From: Spirochaetia bacterium
GTDB lineage: Bacteria; Spirochaetota; Spirochaetia; B11-G9
DNA length: 37,589 bases
Assembly: GCA_029932585.1 (NCBI GenBank)
Contig: JAOZPU010000005.1
Coordinates: forward strand, 13,527 to 51,115
Direction: 5' to 3'
Shown: positions 9,964-18,488 of the stretch, piece after piece
Position numbering within the stretch: position 1 is the first letter of the stretch
Layout: every line of letters starts with the position of its first letter
Translations under genes and position numbers: made by a program
Notes under the pieces: model-generated
Databases searched by the model: none
The model's input: the letters and a program-made list of their open reading frames with translations, nothing else
What the model was told of the DNA's origin: nothing

Positions 9964-10457
9964 GTTCCGCCAAAAATGAAATAAATAAGAGCCGAAGACA
10001 ACAGTTTGTTACTTTTAGTATGGAAGGCAGTCTTTATGGAGTAGATATCTTAACAGTTAAAGAAGTAAGTTCTGATTATAATCTTACTCCAATTTATCAT
10101 GCTCCTGATACAGTTAAAGGCTATGTGAATTTAAGGGGTGAGATCTATCTTATCCTGGATTTAACTGTTGCTTTGGGGTTTGAAAATAGTTTGGAAAAAA
10201 AATCCAAGTTAATTATTTTTAAGAATATTGTTGATGATCCCTTTGGTATTATTGTTAATACAAGTGGTGATGTTGTTAGCATCGAAGAAGATCAGTTCCA
10301 GAAATTTAATTCTTCAGATACTCAAAATAATTTAAACACACTACATGATAAGCAAATTATCAATGGATTGTTTAAAACAGAAAATAATTTAATTATTAGT
10401 ATTGATGCCTACAAAATACTTTCTATATTAGATGAAGAAGGTGTGGAGGCGAAATGA
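9960..10457 (+). CDS. cheW: Chemotaxis coupling protein CheW
   Basis: QFVTF..EG.LYGVDI..VKEV and TPIYHAPD.VKGYVNLRGEI motifs; ATGA overlap with cheA. Confidence 0.93.
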   Translation: MSSAKNEINKSRRQQFVTFSMEGSLYGVDILTVKEVSSDYNLTPIYHAPDTVKGYVNLRGEIYLILDLTVALGFENSLEKKSKLIIFKNIVDDPFGIIVNTSGDVVSIEEDQFQKFNSSDTQNNLNTLHDKQIINGLFKTENNLIISIDAYKILSILDEEGVEAK

Positions 10458-11515
10458 CTAATAGAATACTTATTGTTGATGATTCAATATTATTTAGAAA
10501 GAGCCTTGAAAAAGTATTCTTAGAGATAAGTGAAATAGTTATTATAGATTCTGTGTGGAATGGTAAACTTGTCCTGCCCTATCTTACTAAAGATAAAAAA
10601 CCGGATTTAATTACTTTAGACATAGAAATGCCTGAAATGGATGGGCTTGAGACTTTAAAACATATTCAGAAATTTAATAATACTCTTATTCCTGAAGAAC
10701 GAATTGAGATATTAATGATTAGTTCAAAGACTGTCACTGGTGGAGCGATAACAATGAAAGCACTCAATTTGGGTGCTTTTGATTTTATTTTGAAACCAGC
10801 AGGTGAGAATCCTGAACAGAACTTACAATTACTAAGAATTCAGGTAGAAAATAAAATAGAGTTATTTCGAACTATTAAAAAAGATTCAACTGGAGTAGAA
10901 GCAAAAAATCCCCATAAATATTCTGAAATATTAGATAGTAAAAATAAATTTTCACTTATCGCTATTGGCATATCTACAGGAGGCCCTAAGGCTCTCATGG
11001 ATCTTTTGCCAGACTTAAGTAAAGCTACAGATCTTCCAATTATTATTGCTCAGCATATGCCTGAAGGGTTTACAAAATCTCTTGCAAGTATGTTGGATAA
11101 AGTTTGCGGGCATACTGTAGTTGAAGGTCGAGATGGAATGGATATAGAGAAAGGGAATATATATCTGGCTCCTGGTGGTTTCAATTTATTATTAAAAAAA
11201 ATAGATGACAAAGTTCATATAGCTATAAATAAAAATATTGCACAAAATAAGTATTCTCCTTCAGTTGATCAATTGTTTAGATCCGTAGCCTCCATATATC
11301 GGGACGAGCTTATTTCAATTATAATGACAGGGATGGGAAATGATGGAACAGCTGGTATATCAACAGTTAAACGTTTAGGAGGATATATTATTGCTCAGGA
11401 TAAAGAGAGCTCTATTGTATGGGGAATGCCTGGCAGAGCTATTGAAACTGGTCATGTAGATATAGTTTTAGGTATAAAAGATATTGCTGAACATATTAGT
11501 ACATTGTGTAGATGA
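10454..11515 (+). CDS. cheB: Chemotaxis protein-glutamate methylesterase CheB (REC plus methylesterase)
   Basis: REC (IVDDS, LDIEMPEMDG, KP); catalytic triad motifs GISTGGP, QHMP and MTGMGNDG. Confidence 0.96.
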   Translation: MTNRILIVDDSILFRKSLEKVFLEISEIVIIDSVWNGKLVLPYLTKDKKPDLITLDIEMPEMDGLETLKHIQKFNNTLIPEERIEILMISSKTVTGGAITMKALNLGAFDFILKPAGENPEQNLQLLRIQVENKIELFRTIKKDSTGVEAKNPHKYSEILDSKNKFSLIAIGISTGGPKALMDLLPDLSKATDLPIIIAQHMPEGFTKSLASMLDKVCGHTVVEGRDGMDIEKGNIYLAPGGFNLLLKKIDDKVHIAINKNIAQNKYSPSVDQLFRSVASIYRDELISIIMTGMGNDGTAGISTVKRLGGYIIAQDKESSIVWGMPGRAIETGHVDIVLGIKDIAEHISTLCR

Positions 11516-11523
11516 GTATATAA

Positions 11524-12360
11524 ATGGAAGATATAATTACTAAAACAGATTTTAAAATTATATCTGGGTTTATTAAAAAAATCTGTGGTATTTCACTGGA
11601 CTATAATAAAGAATATCTTATTAGACACAGATTATGTTCTCTTCTGGAAAAAAAGGGTTTTGATTCATATAGCAGATTTTCAAAATTTTTGGAGACGAAT
11701 TGTACAACTTCTTTTAATGAAGAATTGATTTCTTCAATTACTGTCAATGAGTCAATGTTTTTTAGAGATATGCATCCTTTTGATGCTCTTTCCGGAACTA
11801 TTTTGAAGGAGTTGTTTAGAGATAGAAAGAAGATAAATATCTGGAGCGCTGGTTGCTCTACTGGACAGGAACCTTATTCCATTGCCATGGTCATTGATAT
11901 TTTTGTTAAGGAAAACTCTCCTGAATTTGATGATGTCAAATATACAATAATTGCAAGTGATATAGATCCAAAGGTTTTGGCTTATGCTGAATCTGGTATC
12001 TATTCAAAATTTGAAGTTTCCCGTGGTCTAGATGATGAAAAACTGGCTCAGTATTTTACTAAGCAAAATAATGGTTATTATAAAATTAAGAGTTTTCTTA
12101 AAGAACATATAAAATTTGTTAAAGTAAATTTTAAAGATATGGATATTGAAATATTTCCAATGTTTCATCTTATAATGCTTCGAAATGTTTTAATTTATTT
12201 TTGTGGCGATTTGAAAACAAAAATTATTAAACAGGTTGAAAATATTTTGCATGAAGATGGTTATTTAATAATTGGATCTTCGGAAAACCTTTATAGTCTC
12301 CAACATAATTTCAAATATGAAATTATTGGTAATACATATTCTTTTAGAAAAATAGTTTGA
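11524..12360 (+). CDS. cheR: Chemotaxis methyltransferase CheR
   Basis: ITVNESMFFRD, IWSAGCSTGQEPYSIAM, ASDID, RNVLIYF and GSSE motifs. Confidence 0.96.
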   Translation: MEDIITKTDFKIISGFIKKICGISLDYNKEYLIRHRLCSLLEKKGFDSYSRFSKFLETNCTTSFNEELISSITVNESMFFRDMHPFDALSGTILKELFRDRKKINIWSAGCSTGQEPYSIAMVIDIFVKENSPEFDDVKYTIIASDIDPKVLAYAESGIYSKFEVSRGLDDEKLAQYFTKQNNGYYKIKSFLKEHIKFVKVNFKDMDIEIFPMFHLIMLRNVLIYFCGDLKTKIIKQVENILHEDGYLIIGSSENLYSLQHNFKYEIIGNTYSFRKIV

Positions 12361-12367
12361 GGTAAAT

Positions 12368-14032
12368 ATGGATAGATTGTCTTCAATAGCTTTGCTAAGT
12401 AATAATGAATTAAGTAAAGCCATAATAGGTTTAGAAGTAAAAAAACAAAATTTGGATTTTGCAGCCTATTCAAATACAAATGAAGTTTATGCAAATACCG
12501 GAAAACTTCTAATTATTGATATGGACAGTATAGAAGAATCTGCTTGTAGAACTATTCTTGAATCGATTAAGAAGGACGCAATTTATAATTTTACCTGTTT
12601 AACATTCAGTTCTGAGAGCAGTGGTCTTGATGCAGACTATATTCTCGAGAATGATTTTAGTAATTTAAAAGAAATCCTTTTAGATACAGATTCAAAAAAA
12701 ATAGCTTTGTCTCTACAAGATAATACATTGCCCTCTAAAATTAATTTAGAAGTTGATTATATTCAAAACAATTTTAATAATTTAAAAGAAATCCTTCTGG
12801 AAATTAAGGATAAACTATATATAAATCAGGGAGGAGTTAGTTCTGATATAGTTGTAGAAAAAAAAGAAGTAAAGCCCGAAGTAAAACCAGAAGTTACCAT
12901 ATCAAAAGTAAGAAGTATACGTGCAGCAAATACAGGTAAAACAACACCCGGTACATCTGTTATAGGTAATTTAAGTGTATTTTCAGAATCCTCTGAAAAT
13001 ACACATATACTACTTGCAGATGATAGTAAACCTGTTAGAAAATTTGTGACAAAAATTTTGGAGGAACAAAACTTTGATGTAACTACATTTGTAAATGGAC
13101 AGGAATTAATTGATTTTCTGAATGAAGGAAATGGTGGTGATATAATTTTGCTGGATAATCAAATGCCTGTAAAAGATGGTATGACAACTTTGCAGGAGAT
13201 AAAGGGTCATGAAAGCTGGAAAGATATTCCTATTCTCTTTTTATCTGCTATTACTGCAAAGGATCAGGTTGTTGAAGCACTTGTTCTTGGCGCAGATGAT
13301 TACATGGAGAAACCATTTAATAATAAGGAATTTTTAGCAAGAATAAATGTTCATGTTCGTATTGATCAATTGAAAAAAGCCATTGTTAAAGAAAAAGAAA
13401 AATCAGATAAATTAATTCTTAATACACTTCCTAAAAAAATTGTTGACGATCTTAAAATGTTTGGTAAAACATCACCGGAAACTTTTGAAGATGTAACGGT
13501 ATATTTTTCTGATATTGTTTCATTTACGAACCATTCTACAGGAATGGAACCTGCAGCCTTAATTGATGAATTAAATATTCTATTTACTGAATATGACACA
13601 ATAATGGAAAATCATGGTTGTGAGAGAATTAAAACAATAGGTGATGCTTATTTAGCTGTTAGCGGAATGCCTGTTGCAAATAAAAATCATGCATACAATA
13701 TGGCCATGGCCTCAATTGAAATTGCCCGTTTTATGCAGAATCGTTTTGATTCCCGTGAAAATGGCTGGGAATTAAGAATAGGGTTGCATACAGGTTCTGT
13801 TGTAGGTGGAATTGTAGGGGAGAAAAAATATCTCTATGATGTTTTTGGGGATACTATAAATACTTCTTCAAGAATGGAAAGCAATTCTCTTCCAATGCAT
13901 ATTAATGTTTCAGAAACTACATATGAATTATTAAAAGATGATTTTCCTTTTATAAAACGTGATTCTTTAAACGTAAAAGGGAAGGGCGAGATGGTTATGT
14001 ATTTTCTTGATTGGCCTAAGGTTGAAATCTAG
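12368..14032 (+). CDS. Response-regulator class III adenylate cyclase (degenerate N-terminal domain, REC, cyclase)
   Basis: REC LLADDS...LLDNQMP...KPF. Cyclase motifs FSDIVSFT, IKTIGDAY, RIGLHTG and YDVFGDTINTSSRMES. Lys and Asp at the specificity positions indicate ATP preference. Confidence 0.93.
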   Translation: MDRLSSIALLSNNELSKAIIGLEVKKQNLDFAAYSNTNEVYANTGKLLIIDMDSIEESACRTILESIKKDAIYNFTCLTFSSESSGLDADYILENDFSNLKEILLDTDSKKIALSLQDNTLPSKINLEVDYIQNNFNNLKEILLEIKDKLYINQGGVSSDIVVEKKEVKPEVKPEVTISKVRSIRAANTGKTTPGTSVIGNLSVFSESSENTHILLADDSKPVRKFVTKILEEQNFDVTTFVNGQELIDFLNEGNGGDIILLDNQMPVKDGMTTLQEIKGHESWKDIPILFLSAITAKDQVVEALVLGADDYMEKPFNNKEFLARINVHVRIDQLKKAIVKEKEKSDKLILNTLPKKIVDDLKMFGKTSPETFEDVTVYFSDIVSFTNHSTGMEPAALIDELNILFTEYDTIMENHGCERIKTIGDAYLAVSGMPVANKNHAYNMAMASIEIARFMQNRFDSRENGWELRIGLHTGSVVGGIVGEKKYLYDVFGDTINTSSRMESNSLPMHINVSETTYELLKDDFPFIKRDSLNVKGKGEMVMYFLDWPKVEI

Positions 14033-14768
14033 TAATTTTATTTATTAATTCAGGATCCCTGTTAGGAATTATTTCGGGTATTTCTCCTGACAACCCAATC
14101 TTGTTACCCTTAATAATTATTAATCCCAGAATATCCGGAATAGCAGATATCTTATTAAGAACCTTTTGAATATCACTTATTTTTTTTACCATATTACATG
14201 CCCTTGTGGCAGCAGCATCTGCAAGAGCTCCTGATTTTGAAAATACTGTAACAAGATCGCAGTTTCCCAGGCTATGCGAATGTCCCATAGTACTGGAAGA
14301 TGAGCAGACAGCCAGAGGTGTGTCTTCCGGTTTTATCAGGAATGCAAGTTTTCCTTCCAAAGATGCAACTCCAGAGTGAATTCCCAGAATAAGTTCATTT
14401 TTAAGGATCATAAAAATATCCCCGCCATTTTCTACAATAGCTTCTGTCTTATTTGAGTTTAGAAATGAACCTCCGTCCCCATTGGTAGCTCCTTTTTCTG
14501 CTGAAAGTTGAGCTATTGATCCAGCTACAGCAGCCATTGGGCCTACATTTGTCATATATGCTGCTTTTTGCATTATTTTGGCAATATGAGGGGAGTCTTC
14601 AGATAGCGGAGAAACAGGTATTAAGGACTCATAAAAATCCTGATTATTCACAATAAATTTTTCCAGAGTTTCTCTTTGAGTAATTATTGTATCTGTCACA
14701 GACTGCAGGTGCTCTGAAGCTATTCTATAATCAGCGTTTCTGTATGAAAATCTGGTAAAAGACCTCAT
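14016..14768 (-). CDS. UPF0280/COG2122 (ApbE-like fold) protein, putative sulfide mobilisation for Cys/Hcy synthesis
   Basis: VGPMAAVAG, IVENGGDI, VCSSSSTMGHSHSLG and ADAAAT motifs; operonic with the DUF39 and NIL-ferredoxin genes. Confidence 0.88.
   Translation of the reverse strand: MRSFTRFSYRNADYRIASEHLQSVTDTIITQRETLEKFIVNNQDFYESLIPVSPLSEDSPHIAKIMQKAAYMTNVGPMAAVAGSIAQLSAEKGATNGDGGSFLNSNKTEAIVENGGDIFMILKNELILGIHSGVASLEGKLAFLIKPEDTPLAVCSSSSTMGHSHSLGNCDLVTVFSKSGALADAAATRACNMVKKISDIQKVLNKISAIPDILGLIIIKGNKIGLSGEIPEIIPNRDPELINKITRFQP
14464..14481 (+). repeat. Dispersed GC-rich motif AATGAACCTCCGTCCCCA (copy inside the UPF0280 gene)
   Basis: Exact 16-bp inverted copy at 26147..26162, exact 14-bp direct copy at 35697..35710, and variants near 7333 and 25084. 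Confidence 0.6.
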
Positions 14769-14785
14769 TGCTGGTTTTTAACCAT

Positions 14786-15205
14786 CTACTTATCCTGAAA
14801 AATTGAACCACAGGCTCCAAAAGGGCAGTTTGGAATGCATCCCATACAATCGATACATAGATCCCGATCAAATTCTACTTTCATAGTATTTCTATCTTTT
14901 ATATGGAGTGCATCTACCGGACAATGGGTAAGGCAGTTACCACAGGAGGTACATATAGATTCATCCCACCTAAAAGCTTTCTGGGCATCATCAATTTTTA
15001 CACCTTCAGCAACAATAAATTTTATACCTTCTTCAATTTTGGCCGCTGAACCTGTAATATCCAGGACCATAAACCCTTCCTCTTCCTCAGTTATACTTGC
15101 TCTGTACAAATTAATTATCAGATCAAAATCTTTAACAAGATGGTAAACTATTGGTTTCTCTACAACTTTTTTGTTAAAAGTTAAAAGTAGTTTTTTTGTT
15201 TCCAT
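14786..15205 (-). CDS. NIL domain plus 2x[4Fe-4S] ferredoxin (MA1822/MJ0099-like)
   Basis: NIL-type PIVYHLVKDFDLIINLYRA; CTSCGNCLTHCP and CIDCMGCIPNCP. ATG at 15205 follows GGTGA and is preferred over TTG at 15220. Confidence 0.9.
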   Translation of the reverse strand: METKKLLLTFNKKVVEKPIVYHLVKDFDLIINLYRASITEEEEGFMVLDITGSAAKIEEGIKFIVAEGVKIDDAQKAFRWDESICTSCGNCLTHCPVDALHIKDRNTMKVEFDRDLCIDCMGCIPNCPFGACGSIFQDK

Positions 15206-15209
15206 AAAA

Positions 15210-16391
15210 TTATTCACCAACCTTCATGGATTTCATCCCCTGGTTTGGAGGAAGTGCCATATATGGTTTATTAAGGGTAAAAGAACCATCCTTAATTTCT
15301 GATTTTAATATCTCTGCAATAGTAATTGCTTTTTCATAAGAGGAAAGTGATGCAGTTTCTACTTCTTTTCCAAGAATATTTGCAGTTCCTGATTTTAATT
15401 CTTCATAATTTACAGTTGATAGGACTTTACCAGTTTTCATAGGGTAATCCATGGAATAATCAATTACCTGAGCTCGTATATCTCTATCTCTAATGGTAGT
15501 TTTAAGTAGAATTTCTTCATTTAATATGGGAATAGGTATACCTACTCCAAGAGCCAGAGAAACACCATAACCTTTAAAACTTACACCTCTGACATAATCT
15601 GCATCCATTTTTTTCATATCCCCGGTAAGAGCCAATGTCCCTGCTCCTTCTGCAGGAACATCATTTGCTGTTCGCTCAACTGCAGATGCATGCTGGGTTC
15701 CTTCTGAATAAACATGACCTTTGGCACCTGCAAGCCACACAGATGTTCCAACTCCTATGGTTTGATACAGTGGGTCATTTAAAAGGGGGGATAACTGCCC
15801 TGCTGATGAATAAGTAAGATTTCCCATATTAGGTTTAAGTTTGCCAAGATAGGTATATATAGTTTTATTTGATGTATTAATTGCTACATTATAGTTCTGA
15901 TAACAGTTTCTGGGATTTACCATAGTAGCCTGATTTAAGTCATCAATGGTGAACCGGGTTCTAATTTCTTTAAGGGGATACTCATCAGTACCGTAAGACA
16001 GAGCAAATAGCTGAAGTTCCTCACCTCTAATTAATTTTTCTATAACATGACCACCACCAAATTTGAATTCTCCAGGGTAATCTAAATTTGCAGGATCATT
16101 ATGACGAAGCTGAGTTGCTCCCATATAAAGATCTACTGCGGCAATTCCTGAATATGCAAGTACATCATCAATCCACGCTTCTGTAATTCTTATTTTAGGC
16201 TGGCTGTGTCCAAAGTTCATAAAACAACCAGAGGAACACATGGGGCCAAATGTTGCTGTTGTAACAACATCAACCTCTTTTGCAGCTTTCTCAATACCCT
16301 TTTCTTCTACATATTCAATTATTTCAGCAGCTGTAAGTACAACAGCTTTTTTTGAAACAATTTTTTCGTTTATTTCTTCATAAGTTTTCAT
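15210..16391 (-). CDS. Homocysteine biosynthesis protein DUF39/COG1900 (L-aspartate semialdehyde sulfurtransferase, MA1821/MJ0100-like, no CBS domains)
   Basis: KTYEEINEKI...AVVLTA.E, VDVVTTATFGPMCSSG, GGGHVIE, NPRNCYQNY, YSSAGQLSPLLNDP and GTQH motifs. Start at ATG 16391, alternatively 16400. Confidence 0.92.
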   Translation of the reverse strand: MKTYEEINEKIVSKKAVVLTAAEIIEYVEEKGIEKAAKEVDVVTTATFGPMCSSGCFMNFGHSQPKIRITEAWIDDVLAYSGIAAVDLYMGATQLRHNDPANLDYPGEFKFGGGHVIEKLIRGEELQLFALSYGTDEYPLKEIRTRFTIDDLNQATMVNPRNCYQNYNVAINTSNKTIYTYLGKLKPNMGNLTYSSAGQLSPLLNDPLYQTIGVGTSVWLAGAKGHVYSEGTQHASAVERTANDVPAEGAGTLALTGDMKKMDADYVRGVSFKGYGVSLALGVGIPIPILNEEILLKTTIRDRDIRAQVIDYSMDYPMKTGKVLSTVNYEELKSGTANILGKEVETASLSSYEKAITIAEILKSEIKDGSFTLNKPYMALPPNQGMKSMKVGE

Positions 16392-16397
16392 TGACAA

Positions 16398-16427
16398 CAT
16401 GCTATCAGATTATTAAAAAAATATCAA
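16398..16427 (-). promoter_or_regulatory. Putative sigma70 promoter giving a leaderless DUF39 mRNA
   Basis: Minus strand reads TTGATA-17 nt-TAGCAT with a TGn extended -10, then 7 nt to ATG 16391; no Shine-Dalgarno sequence. Confidence 0.45.
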
Positions 16428-16496
16428 TTTTACTCTTGCTAATACTTTGTAAACTATTACACTGATAATATAATAAAAACTCGGGAGGAAATTGTA

Positions 16497-16922
16497 TTGC
16501 AAACAGAAATTTTAGATAATATTGGTAGTAGTGGTATTAAACAGGATGGAACTCCTTATAGAGTTTTAATAGTAGATGATTCAAAATTTGTTAAGAAACA
16601 ACTTGGTAAAATTCTTGAATCAGAAGGATATGAAATTATAAGTACTGCTGCTCATGGAGCAGAAGCTGTTGATAAATATAAAGAGTTAAAAGAAAGTATA
16701 GATCTTGTCACTATGGATATTACTATGCCTGGAATGGATGGTGTTACAGCAATGGAAAAAATTGTTCAGTTTGACAATTCTGCCAAGGTTGTAATGGTCA
16801 GTGCCCTTGGAAAGCATGATCTTGTAAAAAAGTCCTTTATGCTTGGAGCAAGTAATTATATTGTAAAACCATTGAATCGTGATAAAGTTGTAGAAAGACT
16901 TAGTTATGTTCTGAATAATTAA
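16497..16922 (+). CDS. cheY: Chemotaxis response regulator CheY (spirochaete type with N-terminal extension)
   Basis: DGTPYRVLIVDDSKFVKKQLG, LVTMDITMPGMDG, SALGK and NYIVKPL resemble Treponema/Borrelia CheY as I recall them; GGAGG RBS; TTG start. Confidence 0.88.
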   Translation: MQTEILDNIGSSGIKQDGTPYRVLIVDDSKFVKKQLGKILESEGYEIISTAAHGAEAVDKYKELKESIDLVTMDITMPGMDGVTAMEKIVQFDNSAKVVMVSALGKHDLVKKSFMLGASNYIVKPLNRDKVVERLSYVLNN

Positions 16923-16937
16923 ATGTTTACCTCGATT

Positions 16938-16977
16938 GTCTCGATACATTTTGCCGGGGCAAAACACTCGACCACCG
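16938..16977. repeat. Intergenic hairpin element GTCTCGATAC-hairpin-CACTCGACCACCG
   Basis: TTTTGCC-GG-GGCAAAA stem (16949..16964) flanked by TCGA on both sides, directly after the cheY stop. TCGATACATTT also occurs at 3181..3191. Confidence 0.55.
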
Positions 16978-17009
16978 ATGTTTAGCAGGAAAGTGAGGAA
17001 TAGATAGAA

Positions 17010-17468
17010 ATGAAGAAAATAATTATAACAGTATCTGTGTTGATATTGCTGGCACTCTCTTCGTGTACTACTATGAAGGCAGTACCCAATGAAAAAGCAA
17101 TAGAAAGATTTATTGAATTATACAATACAGGAGATGCTATTCGTATAACAGAGATGACATCAATTCCTATGCTTATTGATGGTGAAATTGTTGCAAGAGA
17201 TAGTGATGCCGATTCCTTTTGGAATAGTCTTGCAAAAGCAGGATTTACCTTAAATGGAACAGAATCTTATACTGTAGAACCTTTAAATCCAAAATCCAGC
17301 TTGTACTTTGGAGATTCAATGGAAGTTTCTACATTTTTTACAAAGTATGTTCCGAAAACGGCTGTACTTGTAAGGGTAGAAGGTCCTGGAGGAGATTTTA
17401 TACTTCTCCTTTCAGGTAGAAAAGGTCCTTATCCATTCATTTTTGGTTTTACGGGGCCTTTATTATGA
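17010..17468 (+). CDS. Hypothetical lipoprotein
   Basis: MKK, a hydrophobic stretch and lipobox LSSC; GAGGA RBS; ATGA overlap with the next gene. Confidence 0.8.
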   Translation: MKKIIITVSVLILLALSSCTTMKAVPNEKAIERFIELYNTGDAIRITEMTSIPMLIDGEIVARDSDADSFWNSLAKAGFTLNGTESYTVEPLNPKSSLYFGDSMEVSTFFTKYVPKTAVLVRVEGPGGDFILLLSGRKGPYPFIFGFTGPLL

Positions 17469-18478
17469 AAAATATATTTTTAATTATTTTTACAATTGTT
17501 ATTGTATTAACAGCTTCCGGCCAGAATGCAGATTTAGTTTATGTTGATGGGTGGGTTGATATTAGGTCTGGTGGTGAAGTTTATGAAGCTTTACCTGGTG
17601 ATGTCCTAAGAGCAGGTGATTCGGTAATTACAAGTTCAGACAGTATTGCAGAATTGGAGCAGAAGGATCGAAGTAAAATAATAGTAAAACCTGATTCGAT
17701 TTTTACTATACGTGAAATTGAAACTGATTCAGGAAAAGAGACTGTTCTTGCAACAACAGTTGGAGCTGTTTCATTTAAATTTGGAAAACTTTTTGGTAAA
17801 GAACCTATTCTTGCCACTCCCAGTATGGTTGCAGGAATAAGAGGGACAGAGCTTACTGTTTATGCAGGAGAGGATGGATCTACGCTTATTGCAGTAGACA
17901 GTGGACTTGTTACAGTTGAATCCATGGGTGTTTCAGTTGATTTAGTAAAAGATGAGGGTGTAGAAGTGCTTCCTGGAGAGGTCCCTGGAGAAAAATTCAG
18001 TCTGCTGGGCAGAAATCTGGATTTTTCCAGTTGGAACGCGGAGAAATATGAAGACCTTATTGCTGAACCTATCCTGGGGCTTGAGCATCTGGGGAAACAG
18101 CTGGGAGAGTATATTAAGAAAATTGATAGTCATAATGATCTTTTTAATAACCTAAAATCTGAAAAAGAAGCTGCAAAAGAAGATTTACAGAAAATTATTG
18201 ATGAAAAAGGAAAGGATCAGGGGCGAATCTTTTTTAATGAGAATATTCATCCTATTGATTTAAAAACAAATAGATTGTTTTTAAATATAAGGTACTATAG
18301 CCTATCATCCCTTTCTTTTAGACGTTATATTTTGGGCAGATTGTATTTAGATATGAAGGGGCGATTTATTATGGATTCCAAAAATCCAGAATATATTCAA
18401 TTTTTATCAATTTATCAGGAAAAAATGAGTCTTTTTGAGGATAAGGTGGTACCTTTTCTTGATGTAAATGATATCTAA
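17465..18478 (+). CDS. Secreted FecR-domain protein with C-terminal helical region
   Basis: Signal peptide; FecR-like GD.L..GDSVITSSDS.AEL and TPSMVAGIRGT.L.V motifs. Confidence 0.8.
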   Translation: MKNIFLIIFTIVIVLTASGQNADLVYVDGWVDIRSGGEVYEALPGDVLRAGDSVITSSDSIAELEQKDRSKIIVKPDSIFTIREIETDSGKETVLATTVGAVSFKFGKLFGKEPILATPSMVAGIRGTELTVYAGEDGSTLIAVDSGLVTVESMGVSVDLVKDEGVEVLPGEVPGEKFSLLGRNLDFSSWNAEKYEDLIAEPILGLEHLGKQLGEYIKKIDSHNDLFNNLKSEKEAAKEDLQKIIDEKGKDQGRIFFNENIHPIDLKTNRLFLNIRYYSLSSLSFRRYILGRLYLDMKGRFIMDSKNPEYIQFLSIYQEKMSLFEDKVVPFLDVNDI

Positions 18479-18488
18479 GGGGATAATT

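Noticed and set aside
12866-12895. EVKPEVKPEV 12-bp tandem repeat in the cyclase linker
   Set aside because: It is an ordinary low-complexity linker with synonymous divergence between units.
14016-14768. UPF0280 gene as a second flavin transferase duplicating apbE
   Set aside because: It lacks a lipoprotein signal and the DLGGIAKGY and HHILDP motifs; its context points to the COG2122 sulfur-assimilation role.
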